NCBI GenBank assembly: GCA_964347835.1 | Contig: CAYFZR010000018.1 | Coordinates: forward strand, 4,778 to 68,777 | DNA length: 64,000 bases | DNA from: an uncultured archaeon | GTDB lineage: Archaea > CAYFZR01 | Direction: 5' to 3' | In this document: positions 47,212 to 56,148 of the stretch, in pieces | Numbering within the stretch: the first letter of the stretch is position 1 | Layout of the letters: the number at the start of each line of letters is the position of its first letter | The notes under the pieces: model-generated | The model's input: the letters and a program-made list of their open reading frames with translations, nothing else | What the model was told of the DNA's origin: nothing | The model's database searches: none | Position numbers and translations under genes: made by a program

Positions 47212-48260
47212 AATGGTTAAGACCAGATTCACATTTGGTGCTTAGAGATCCTGTTGCAAGAAACTCTTTAAAAAGATATTTTGCTGTTATGAACGATGAA
47301 CTGGAGAGTTACTTCGTACTCTCAAAGTATATACCAGTAGAAGTTGATCTATTAGATGATTTAGATATTTTGTTAGATGAGCACGACAAAAGAGTGAATG
47401 AAGTTAATGGTATCTCAAGGGATGAAATTGCTAGAATATCATTATTAGACCTTAAAATTGAAATTGCGAGAAGAATATTATATGAATGCGAATTCTGCGA
47501 AAGAAAATGCAAGAAAAATAGATACGAAAAAAAGGGATTCTGTAAAGTAAGCGCTAAACCAAAGATCTCATCTATATTTGACCATTGGGGTGAAGAACCG
47601 GAGTTAGTTCCAAGTGGAACCGTATTTTTCTGTGGATGCACATTTTTCTGTGTTTACTGTCAGAACTGGACAATTGCTAGGATAAAAGAAAGGGGTACAG
47701 AAATAAATGCGGAGGATCTGGCTCTTCGTTTAGAGCAGATGAGATCTCAAGGGATAAGAAATGTTAATTGGGTCGGCGGAGATCCGACTCCCCATTTACA
47801 TTATATTTTAGAGACTATGCATCATTTAGAGGTAAACATACCCTCTGTTTGGAATTCAAACATGTATCTTAGCCATTTAGGCATGAATTTGTTGAACGGC
47901 GTAGTGGATGTTTATTTAACCGATTTCAAGTACGGCAATAATGACTGCGCGAGGAGGCTTTCTAAGGTTAAAGACTACTGGAATGTCGTAACAAGAAACC
48001 ATTTAATGGCTAGTGAACAATGTGAATTAATAATAAGGCACCTTGTTTTACCAAATCATGTAGAATGCTGTACCTATCCGATTTTAGATTGGATAAGCGA
48101 AAATCTCAGGAAAGATGTGAGATTGAACATCATGCCCCAGTACAGACCGGAGTTCATGGCTTATAAGTACGATGAATTAGTTAGAAGAGTATCCGGAGAA
48201 GAAATGAGGGCAGCAAAAGAGCGCGCAATAGATCTCGGATTGCACAATCTAGTCAGGTAA
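47208..48260 (+). CDS. radical SAM protein, PflX-like (COG1313-type activase homolog)
   Basis: CxxxCxxC in 'CGCTFFCVYCQNW' plus an extra N-terminal Cys cluster 'CEFCERKCKKNRYEKKGFC'. The start ATG overlaps the pmbA stop (ATGA). Confidence 0.75.
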   Translation: MKWLRPDSHLVLRDPVARNSLKRYFAVMNDELESYFVLSKYIPVEVDLLDDLDILLDEHDKRVNEVNGISRDEIARISLLDLKIEIARRILYECEFCERKCKKNRYEKKGFCKVSAKPKISSIFDHWGEEPELVPSGTVFFCGCTFFCVYCQNWTIARIKERGTEINAEDLALRLEQMRSQGIRNVNWVGGDPTPHLHYILETMHHLEVNIPSVWNSNMYLSHLGMNLLNGVVDVYLTDFKYGNNDCARRLSKVKDYWNVVTRNHLMASEQCELIIRHLVLPNHVECCTYPILDWISENLRKDVRLNIMPQYRPEFMAYKYDELVRRVSGEEMRAAKERAIDLGLHNLVR

Positions 48261-48312
48261 GAAGGGGTAATAATACATTTTATACTGAAATTATGCTATT
48301 TTACCTTACGCA

Positions 48313-48356
48313 CCAAAATCATAGATTTTGGGCGTGCCAATAATCTTCGATTATTG
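48313..48356. repeat. two adjacent 8-bp/3-nt-loop hairpins of the same design
   Basis: CCAAAATC-ata-GATTTTGG (48313-48331) and CAATAATC-ttc-GATTATTG (48338-48356). The differences between the two are compensated in both arms. Confidence 0.6.
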
Positions 48357-48507
48357 TGCATCACCCCCTCTCTACACCCCCTTTATAAAAATATAGATTA
48401 GAAAGCGGATGTAGAGTAGAAAACGACTCATTCGGTACCGTTTATAAAATAATATTTGATAAAATTGCGGATGGAACGAGCCACGTTCCATAACGAGCCA
48501 CGTTGCT

Positions 48508-49119
48508 TTAAACTTCTTTTTGTCCCAATTTTTCAGAATCGAAACCAGCGTACTCGAGGATACTATCTATAAATTCTTCGTCGGGTATCCTTAAACGATA
48601 CTTATCCAAAAGCTCTTTTCTGGTGAGATTCTCACTTTCCTTATCGGGTACGTTATAACTTGAGAGGTCGACTTCTAAGTAAGGGGTTACGCCCTCAATC
48701 AGGTTGGAAATTGTGCAAAATTCTACTTGAAACGGAAATTTTTCAAGAAAATAATCTATGTTCTCATTTAGTTTCATGTCTGATTCAAATATCTTCATTT
48801 CGATATCTTTTTTTGATAATATATCTCCAAGTGCCTTGATAGGCTCAATGAGAGACTCCTCAGGATATTCCTTTATAAATTCTAGGATATCTCCTATTTC
48901 GTATCCTTTTTTAACCGTAAAAAATTCCAGTATTAGTCCTTCACGAAACACCATCCAAGTTTCTAAGTCTGATTTTGAGGAAGTTATTTTCAAATGACCG
49001 GAATAGAAATTTTCTACCATCACTCTTAAGATCTTGAATAACTCAACCACATCTAAATCAGATACCTCGGTTGAAATCTTTGATTTACATAAAAGTCTGG
49101 CGATCAATCCCAATTGCAT
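48508..49119 (-). CDS. hypothetical protein
   Basis: 203-aa ORF with coding-like composition. No motif was recognised. Confidence 0.4.
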   Translation of the reverse strand: MQLGLIARLLCKSKISTEVSDLDVVELFKILRVMVENFYSGHLKITSSKSDLETWMVFREGLILEFFTVKKGYEIGDILEFIKEYPEESLIEPIKALGDILSKKDIEMKIFESDMKLNENIDYFLEKFPFQVEFCTISNLIEGVTPYLEVDLSSYNVPDKESENLTRKELLDKYRLRIPDEEFIDSILEYAGFDSEKLGQKEV

Positions 49120-49232
49120 AAATATATTATCTTTGTGAGCGTATATAACAAATTAGTAAAAATTCGCGTTGCGAAATTAAATGTTGTTTAAATTTCGTAT
49201 TTTGTTGTTAAATCTCAAATTACCTTTCGAAA

Positions 49233-50072
49233 TTAATCTGAAAGATATCCAATATAGACTAAGTTGGCGTCTCCTTCCATGTAACTTTTAATAGGAATAT
49301 TATTTTCGTATATTGTCTTTATTATTAGTTCTCCTCCCATTAAACTTACCTTTACAAGTTCATCTGTCTTTTTTAAAAAACTTGAAAATATGGCGCTGGC
49401 TGTTGCACCAGTTCCACAAGAAAAAGTCTCGTTTTCTACTCCTCTCTCGTAAACGCGAACTGATATTCTGTCTCTTCCCTCTATCTTCACGAAATCTACA
49501 TTCGTTCCTTCAGGAAATATAGGATCGTACCTTATTTCTCTTCCTATCTTCTCAACATCCAAATCTAAGTTATCAACGAATACTATTGAATGAGGGACGC
49601 CCGTATTAATGGAATAGACTTCAAATCCTCTCAAATTTTCTCCTAAAAAAAAGTTTTCTGGCTTTCCTTTTACAGGTATCTCTCTCCTTAACATTTTAGG
49701 AGTCCCCATATCCACATTTATCCTTTCTATTCTCCCATCTTTTATAACTGCGCTTCCATGGACTATGTCCGCTAGTGTTTCGACCTTACAATCTTTATTC
49801 GGGGAGTAGTTCTCCAAAAAATGTTTGATTGTGCACCTAACACCATTTCCACACATGCCGGCTTCTGATCCATCCGGGTTAAAAATTCTCATTCTTATAT
49901 CTGCTTTATCTGATTTTCCTAAAAAAAGTACTCCATCTCCACCTACAGAATATCTCCTTCTACAGACATTTTTTGCAAAATCTGCCATATCTCTTTCGGA
50001 TATAACCTTCTCTTCGAATTCGTCTATCAGAATAAAGTCGTTACCGGTGGCTTGATATTTAAAAAATTTCAT
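49233..50072 (-). CDS. dapF: diaminopimelate epimerase
   Basis: Contains 'ATGNDFILID' and both catalytic Cys motifs, 'MCGNGVRC' and 'FSCGTGATAS'. Confidence 0.9.
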   Translation of the reverse strand: MKFFKYQATGNDFILIDEFEEKVISERDMADFAKNVCRRRYSVGGDGVLFLGKSDKADIRMRIFNPDGSEAGMCGNGVRCTIKHFLENYSPNKDCKVETLADIVHGSAVIKDGRIERINVDMGTPKMLRREIPVKGKPENFFLGENLRGFEVYSINTGVPHSIVFVDNLDLDVEKIGREIRYDPIFPEGTNVDFVKIEGRDRISVRVYERGVENETFSCGTGATASAIFSSFLKKTDELVKVSLMGGELIIKTIYENNIPIKSYMEGDANLVYIGYLSD

Positions 50073-50076
50073 TAAA

Positions 50077-50844
50077 TCACTTCAGATAGATGATGTGCTC
50101 CTTTTGTATGCCTGTAATTCCCTTTGCATATTCTATCGCATCGTTCATGTTGCCTAAATCATCTACAAGTCCCAGATTTTTGGCTGTTTCTCCTGTAAAT
50201 ATTGTTCCATCTGCAATCTTTCTAACCTTTTCAATATCCATGTTTCTGTTTTCTGCTATCGTTATTATCATTTGGTCATTTATACTGTTAACTAGCTCTG
50301 TTAAAAGCTCCAGTTCTTCATTTTTAGGAGATCGATAATCCGCTCCTAGATCTTTGTAATCAGTGGATTTTATCACGTAAAACTTCACGCCCTCCTTTTC
50401 ATATTGCTCCGACCTATCTTCCAGAACTATTATGGCACCTAAACCTCCAGTCAGAGTTCCTGGCTCAGCGAATATCCAGTCTGCGGCACATGAAACTATG
50501 TAAGCCCCCGAAGTTGCGATATCACCCATAGATATAACAACGGGCTTTTTTTTCTTAGTCTTATCAATTTCTCTGATTATATCTTGGATGGCAGCGGGAG
50601 TCCCTCCCGGACTATCCACACGAACTATAATAGCCTTGATTCCGTCATCAGTTCTAGCCTTTTCCAGAATATTTGCAATTTTTACTGAATTAGAAGGCGC
50701 ATCAGAAGTTGCGATTGTACCTTCTATCGTTATTATCCCTATTTTATTTACAGATTTCTGGTAGACCTTATATCCAACATATGACGATGAAAGAATGAAA
50801 GAAACTAAAAAAACGAACAATAATACCTTTAAATACGTTCTCAA
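50077..50844 (-). CDS. sppA: signal peptide peptidase SppA (36K type), copy 1
   Basis: Has an N-terminal TM, 'VDSPGG', 'ATSGAY' and a ClpP/crotonase-fold layout. Confidence 0.85.
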   Translation of the reverse strand: MRTYLKVLLFVFLVSFILSSSYVGYKVYQKSVNKIGIITIEGTIATSDAPSNSVKIANILEKARTDDGIKAIIVRVDSPGGTPAAIQDIIREIDKTKKKKPVVISMGDIATSGAYIVSCAADWIFAEPGTLTGGLGAIIVLEDRSEQYEKEGVKFYVIKSTDYKDLGADYRSPKNEELELLTELVNSINDQMIITIAENRNMDIEKVRKIADGTIFTGETAKNLGLVDDLGNMNDAIEYAKGITGIQKEHIIYLK

Positions 50845-50848
50845 AAAA

Positions 50849-51616
50849 TCACCTTCCGGAAATGGTAAGTTTATTCGAGTCTAGGAATTCTTCCCCTATT
50901 CTTAGTTCTGCTGGGGGTAACTCTACCGTTTCACCACTTCTTATGAAAAGGGCAATTCTATAATATATAACCCTCTCTTCCCATGGTTCAATATCGAAAT
51001 GCCAACTCAGGATACTCCCTTCTTCAGAGATGGTGGTTTCGGTTGGCTTCAGCGTGAGAAATTCTCCAAGCAACTCAATTGGAGCAGGGATCCATTCTTT
51101 GATCTCTAAGGGTAATTTTTCGTCAGTATAGTTTGATATGTTCAAATTAATTAAAATTTCGTTTCTCCGATTAGATATGGCGTCTTTCATCGTTGATTTT
51201 TTTATCGTGACTTTTTTTGAAAGAGGTATCTTTTTTTCCTCTACAACAGGTTTCTTTTCTTCCTTCATTTCTAAAGTTTGATATACTTTCTCACGTTCAC
51301 TTTCTAATTCTTCAATCCTCTTTCTCATGGATTCTATTAGTCTGTCGCTTTTTTGGAGTTTGTAATCATCAGTCTCTTCAAATATGCTTTTTTTTATATA
51401 TATTAGACCTAAGGCAGATAAAAATCCATAACCAACGGCTGTTAGAACCAAAGAAGCGAGGAATGCCAATGGAATGATTATTTTGAGGGAGGAAACCGTG
51501 CCAGAAAGTATCTCTGTTGAAAAAGAGGAGAATAAAACTATGGAAATAGAAATGCCGATGAATACCATGGCAAAAATTACCAATAAACCCTCAATCTCGT
51601 AGGACTTATCTTCCAA
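50849..51616 (-). CDS. membrane protein with two N-terminal TMs, a coiled-coil and a C-terminal beta-rich domain
   Basis: 255-aa ORF 4 nt upstream of sppA copy 1. No family was recognised. Confidence 0.45.
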   Translation of the reverse strand: MEDKSYEIEGLLVIFAMVFIGISISIVLFSSFSTEILSGTVSSLKIIIPLAFLASLVLTAVGYGFLSALGLIYIKKSIFEETDDYKLQKSDRLIESMRKRIEELESEREKVYQTLEMKEEKKPVVEEKKIPLSKKVTIKKSTMKDAISNRRNEILINLNISNYTDEKLPLEIKEWIPAPIELLGEFLTLKPTETTISEEGSILSWHFDIEPWEERVIYYRIALFIRSGETVELPPAELRIGEEFLDSNKLTISGR

Positions 51617-51747
51617 TTTGTTCCACTCACGTCATGGTCTCATTATCTTGTAAATATAGTTTTTCGTCGTTACATATAAATTAACCTAAATATCTTCGCT
51701 CTAGGAAAAGTTCTTTTTTAAAATGATAACCGTAAGTAGCACCCGTG

Positions 51748-51888
51748 CCTATCCACCGCGGTACAGCCTTCTTACTTCCTCGCTGTCCAGGAGTTCCTTC
51801 CCTGCGCCCTCGTACCTGTTGCCTCCCAGCTCCAAGACATATCCCCTGTCCGCGATTTCCAGGGTTCTTGCTAACCGTCATATCATGG
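51748..51888 (-). pseudogene. livF 3' remnant with an internal deletion
   Basis: 51748-51872 matches 52894-53018, the last ~41 codons of livF, at 120/125 positions. It reads 'RTLEIADRGYVLELGGNRYEGAGKELLDSEEVRRLYRGG*'. It then joins to a match of livF 53315-53335 ('HDMTV') out of frame. Confidence 0.75.
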
Positions 51889-51906
51889 ATTTATAATACT
51901 TAATAC

Positions 51907-52698
51907 TTATTCTCCTTTGAACAGCGGCTCTCTTCTCTCTATGAACGATGTTATACCCTCTATGGAATCTTTTGTCGAGGCACATAACGCATGGGCATAT
52001 GCCTCGTATTCTAATAGATCTTCAAGATTTGATTCAAAGGATCTGTTAAGGATACTTTTTGTCACGCCTAAGGAAATGGGGGCTCCTGTAGCTAATCTTT
52101 CTGTCCATTCAATCGTGGTATCTTCCAGTTCGTCGTGAGTTACCTAGTTCTTTATTAGACCGATTCTCAGAGCCTCTTCAGCGTATATTATATCTCCAAA
52201 GAAACACATTTCTTTAGCCTTTGCCATCCCTACTAACCTTGGCAAGAAGTAAAGTCCACCAACGTCAGGGACAAGCCCTCGCCTCACAAACATTGATGAA
52301 AATCTCGCCTTGTCACTGGCAATTCTTAGATCAGAAGCTAGAGCAAGATTTAACCCGGCTCCTGCTGCTATACCGTTGATTGATGATATCACGGGTTTCT
52401 CAATTTTAGATAGGCTCAATAGAGTTTGAAAGGTACCTCGTAAAAGATGTCTGAACAAAGTAGGTTGGGTTGGATCTATTTCCTCTTGGAGCTCATGAAT
52501 ATCGGCACCAGAGCAAAATGCCTTTCCGGCTCCTGTTATGACTATAACTCTCACCTCTCTATCAAATTCGGCTGTCCTCAAGGCCTTAAGAAATTCATCA
52601 ACCATCTCGAGGTTAAGGGCATTCAACACTTCTGGACGATTTAGGGTAATCTTAGCTATCGTATTCTCCTTCTTATATGAGATATATTCTAAATCCAT
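51907..52698 (-). pseudogene. enoyl-CoA hydratase/isomerase (crotonase) family gene interrupted by a single in-frame TAG
   Basis: 184 codons ('...GAGKAFCSGADI...', '..NGIAAGAGLNLALASD..'), then TAG at 52144-52146. A further 78 in-frame codons follow ('VTHDELEDTTIEWTERLATGAPISL...SFIERREPLFKGE'), which complete a normal ~263-aa crotonase. Confidence 0.7.
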
Positions 52699-52894
52699 AT
52701 ACTCACCTTTCTATAATAATTATGGATATTTGATTAAATGTTTTCATCAGTTGGTTGAGATATCTTTTACACAATCCTAGGCGCATTCCTTGGGAATGCA
52801 CCAATATCCTCCGGAGAATCGCTACAGAAAAAAATTTAAAAGGATTAAAAAGTTCTACATACCTAACAACGAATTGGTAAAGCTCGGGATAGAC

Positions 52895-53599
52895 CTATCC
52901 ACCGAGGTACAGCCTTCTTACTTCCTCGCTGTCCAGGAGTTCCTTCCCTGTGCCCTCGTACCTGTTGCGTCCCAGCTCCAGGACATATCCCCTGTCCGCG
53001 ATTTCCAGGGCTCTTGCTGCATTCTGCTCCACTATAATCATGGTCTTACCCAATTTCGCCATCTCCACGATCTTATCAAAGACGATGTCAACGAATTTAG
53101 GGGCCAGTCCAAGGGAGGGTTCATCCAGCAACACGAGCTTGGGGTCTAATACCAGACCTCTCCCCATAGCCAACATTTGTTGCTCACCTCCGCTCAGGCT
53201 GCCTGCCCTCTGATCTTTTCTCTCCTCCAGGATGGGAAATATGCTGTAGACCCTCTCCAGGGCTTCCCTGAGTCTTCCTTTGTCCTTCTCCGTGTAACCG
53301 CCCATCTCCAGGTTTTCTTGAACCGTCATATCGTGAAAAACAATCCTGCCCTGAGGAATATAAGAAATACCCTTCGTCACCGCCAGGTAACTTTTAAGCC
53401 CTGTTATGTCTTCCCCTTCGAAGGTTATCCTGCCCCTAGTAGGATCGAGGAAACCCATGATCGTCTTTAAAACAGTGGACTTGCCAGCGCCGTTGGGACC
53501 TATGACAGCAACTATCTCAGATTCTTCGACATGCAAAGAAACTCCGTGGAGCACTTCTATGTTGCCGTATCCTGAATGAACTCTATCCACTCTCAGCAT
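52895..53599 (-). CDS. livF: branched-chain amino acid ABC transporter ATP-binding protein LivF (operon 1)
   Basis: The likely start is 'MLRVDRV'. It has Walker A 'GPNGAGKST', signature 'LSGGEQQML' and the C-terminal 'VRRLYLGG'. Confidence 0.9.
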   Translation of the reverse strand: MLRVDRVHSGYGNIEVLHGVSLHVEESEIVAVIGPNGAGKSTVLKTIMGFLDPTRGRITFEGEDITGLKSYLAVTKGISYIPQGRIVFHDMTVQENLEMGGYTEKDKGRLREALERVYSIFPILEERKDQRAGSLSGGEQQMLAMGRGLVLDPKLVLLDEPSLGLAPKFVDIVFDKIVEMAKLGKTMIIVEQNAARALEIADRGYVLELGRNRYEGTGKELLDSEEVRRLYLGG

Positions 53600-54314
53600 T
53601 GCCTCGCCTCCCGAAATACGCCTCCATAACAAGGGGATTCTCCTGTATTTCCTTTGGACTGCCCTCGGCAATGAGCTTGCCGTGGTCTAATACGAAGACC
53701 TTTTCGCAGATGTCCATGATTATCTTCATTTCGTGGTCTATGATAAGAAAGGCCATTCCTTCCTTCTGGAGTTCTCTGATGCTCTCTACGAGCTTCTTCT
53801 CCATGGTGGGGTTTATTCCGGCGAAAGGCTCGTCTAGGAGGACCAGTTTAGGCTCAAGCATAAGCACCCTGATAAACTCTAAGAGCTTCTGCTGACCATA
53901 TGATAAGTTGCCAGCGTATTCGTTTTCAAGGGGAAGCAGGTCCACGAAATCCAGTAGTTCCCGGGCTTTCTCCAGGCTTTCCTTCTCATCCTTCCGTGCG
54001 ACTACCAGCATGTTCTCCACGGCGGTCATCATTGGGAAAACCCTGATTATCTGAAAAGTTCTCCCTATACCCTTCTGAGTGATCCTGTTGGGCTTCATAC
54101 CGGAGATTTGCTCTCCTTTGAAGTATACATCACCTCTATCCGCGGCGATGATGTTAGTTATCAGGTTGAAAAGTGTCGTTTTCCCTGAACCGTTGGGACC
54201 TATTAGGGCGAATATAGAGTCTTTATGCAACTCGAAGGTGCAATGGTCTACAGCGACAACCCCACCGAAGCACTTTGTCAGGTCATTCACAGCTAGTAAA
54301 GCATTTTTTTTCAT
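53583..54314 (-). CDS. livG: branched-chain amino acid ABC transporter ATP-binding protein LivG (operon 1)
   Basis: Walker A 'GPNGSGKTT', signature 'LSYGQQKLLE' and the LivG-type insertion. Confidence 0.9.
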   Translation of the reverse strand: MKKNALLAVNDLTKCFGGVVAVDHCTFELHKDSIFALIGPNGSGKTTLFNLITNIIAADRGDVYFKGEQISGMKPNRITQKGIGRTFQIIRVFPMMTAVENMLVVARKDEKESLEKARELLDFVDLLPLENEYAGNLSYGQQKLLEFIRVLMLEPKLVLLDEPFAGINPTMEKKLVESIRELQKEGMAFLIIDHEMKIIMDICEKVFVLDHGKLIAEGSPKEIQENPLVMEAYFGRRGNAESG

Positions 54315-55235
54315 TTAATACCCTCTCTTATCAGGTACTATTCCACTGTGCTTGAGCATGGCCATTACCCCACCGGGCATCAGGATTACCACGCCGACTA
54401 TGAGGACTCCGAACAGCGCTTGGTGTAAGAAGGGAAACCTGATCCAGAACATTTCGGAGATCAATGTCAAGGATGCAGCCCCTATCACGGGCCCTAATAC
54501 CGTGCCGGCGCCTCCGAACATTGTCATGATTATCATCTGCACGGTTATAAGAACTGCGAAGACTGTATCCGGGTCTATATAGCTTATATACCAGGCGTAG
54601 ATACCCCCTGCAACACCCGGAAAAAAGGCGCTCAGAGCAAAGGCCATAAGTTTGTACTTGGTAGTGTTGATTCCCATGGCTTCCGCTGCCACTTCATCTT
54701 CGCGGATAGCTATTAAACTAAGGCCAAATTTAGAGATTGCCAGTCTATATGTGAGAAAAACAACAATCAGGGCGGTGCCTCCCATGGCGTAGTAGATAGG
54801 GATTAAGTTGAACTCCGGTGGAAGATGCAAGCCGTATCCTCCTCCTGTAAGAGATTCCCACGAGGAAACGCCTAGTCTAACTGCCTCGTTGAGACCTAAG
54901 AGCGCTATAGCAAAATAAGGGCCCTTGAGTCTGAGGCAGGGGAAACCAATGACTAGAGACAGCACTACAGCAACCGCTCCGCCGATTATGGAAGCAAAGT
55001 ACCAAGGTATGGCTGCTTTAGTGATGAGAATGGCTGCAGCATAGGCACCTAAGCCGAAAAAAGCCACATGCCCAAAGGATACATAGCCAGTGTAGCCTGA
55101 GATGATGTTCCAGCTCTCAGCCAAGATTATGTACATGAAGATGAGGAGAGTCAAGGACACTATATAGGCTGGTACCCTATAGGGCAGAAGGATTAATAAG
55201 GCGGCTAGGGGGAGGAAAACATACTTCAGCCTCAT
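54315..55235 (-). CDS. livM: branched-chain amino acid ABC transporter permease LivM (operon 1)
   Basis: 306-aa polytopic ORF containing 'GYTGYVSFGHVAFFGLGAY'. Confidence 0.85.
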   Translation of the reverse strand: MRLKYVFLPLAALLILLPYRVPAYIVSLTLLIFMYIILAESWNIISGYTGYVSFGHVAFFGLGAYAAAILITKAAIPWYFASIIGGAVAVVLSLVIGFPCLRLKGPYFAIALLGLNEAVRLGVSSWESLTGGGYGLHLPPEFNLIPIYYAMGGTALIVVFLTYRLAISKFGLSLIAIREDEVAAEAMGINTTKYKLMAFALSAFFPGVAGGIYAWYISYIDPDTVFAVLITVQMIIMTMFGGAGTVLGPVIGAASLTLISEMFWIRFPFLHQALFGVLIVGVVILMPGGVMAMLKHSGIVPDKRGY

Positions 55236-56107
55236 TCCCGCACCCCCATAAGCCCAGAAGGCTTTAACAACAATACCAGAACTAAGACTATGTAAGCAAC
55301 AGCCTCCGACAGCTGGGCCGATATCAGAAAGGCTGTCAGGGCCTCGGTCAATCCCAGTATTAATGCGCCTATGAAGGCTCCGACAAAGCTGCCCATACCC
55401 CCCAAGACTATTATTGCAAAGGCCTTCAAGATGAACTTCTCGCCCATTGCAGGGTAGATGGCGTACATTGTGCTCAAAAGGGTGCCAGCGGCTGCCGCGA
55501 GAGCAGCGCCCATGCCGAAGGCAATGTGCCTGACGCGATCCAAGTTTATCCCGCAGACCATGGCTATATCTGGGCTTTGGGAGGCTGCCCTAATGGCCTT
55601 CCCTAGGGTGCTCTTTTTCAGAAACAGATAGACAGTCAGGGTTATGGTCAAGGCTACTGCAAAGGAGACCAAGCGGGGCTTAGATAATGCCAGTCCTATG
55701 AGGACTACTGAGCCTGTCAGGTAGGGCACCGACCTGAAGTCGGCAGTCCAGAAATACAGGGCCATGTTCATGATGAATATGGAGATTCCGAAGGTGACCA
55801 GAAGAGAGGTGAGCTCCGGTGCTTCAACGATTTTGCTCACGAAAAACTTCTGGACGACAACGCCAATGAAGAAAATTATCGGCATGGATATGAAGAGAGA
55901 GAGGATAGGGTTGATTCGGTATATAGAGAAAAGGTAGAAAGTGGTATAAGCCCCGAGCATCATCAGCTCGCCGTGGGAAATGTTTATGACCCTCATCACC
56001 CCGAATATGAGATTTAGGCCGCATGCCAACAGCGCATACACTGTCCCTAGGAGCACTCCGCTAGCCATTACCTGGGCTACTATGGGTAGGGTAATCTCGA
56101 CAGCCAT
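55232..56107 (-). CDS. livH: branched-chain amino acid ABC transporter permease LivH (operon 1)
   Basis: 291-aa polytopic ORF containing 'INISHGELMMLGAY'. Confidence 0.85.
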   Translation of the reverse strand: MAVEITLPIVAQVMASGVLLGTVYALLACGLNLIFGVMRVINISHGELMMLGAYTTFYLFSIYRINPILSLFISMPIIFFIGVVVQKFFVSKIVEAPELTSLLVTFGISIFIMNMALYFWTADFRSVPYLTGSVVLIGLALSKPRLVSFAVALTITLTVYLFLKKSTLGKAIRAASQSPDIAMVCGINLDRVRHIAFGMGAALAAAAGTLLSTMYAIYPAMGEKFILKAFAIIVLGGMGSFVGAFIGALILGLTEALTAFLISAQLSEAVAYIVLVLVLLLKPSGLMGVRE

Positions 56108-56148
56108 CTAATGATCTCTATCCTTTATCAAATAAAAAGGGAGGAGGT

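Noticed and set aside
51681-51881. 66-aa ORF 'MTVSKNPGNRGQGICLGAGRQQ...'
   Set aside because: It is an out-of-frame reading of the livF 3' remnant. The livF-like peptide appears in another frame, so this is a pseudogene fragment and not a gene.
51917-52138. 73-aa plus-strand ORF
   Set aside because: It is antisense to the C-terminal 78 codons of the crotonase gene, which continue in frame after the TAG.
52144-52146. Confident call of pyrrolysine decoding at the in-frame TAG
   Set aside because: No pylT or pylSBCD genes are visible in the window, many genes here end in TAG, and the gene sits in a recombination scar. Recoding is kept only as one hypothesis to test.
53600-53671. 24-codon N-terminal extension of livF in the ORF track (MPRAVQRKYRRIPLLWRRISGGEA)
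   Set aside because: It overlaps the livG 3' end by about 90 nt. The canonical LivF N-terminus 'MLRVDRV..GYG' starts at 53599.
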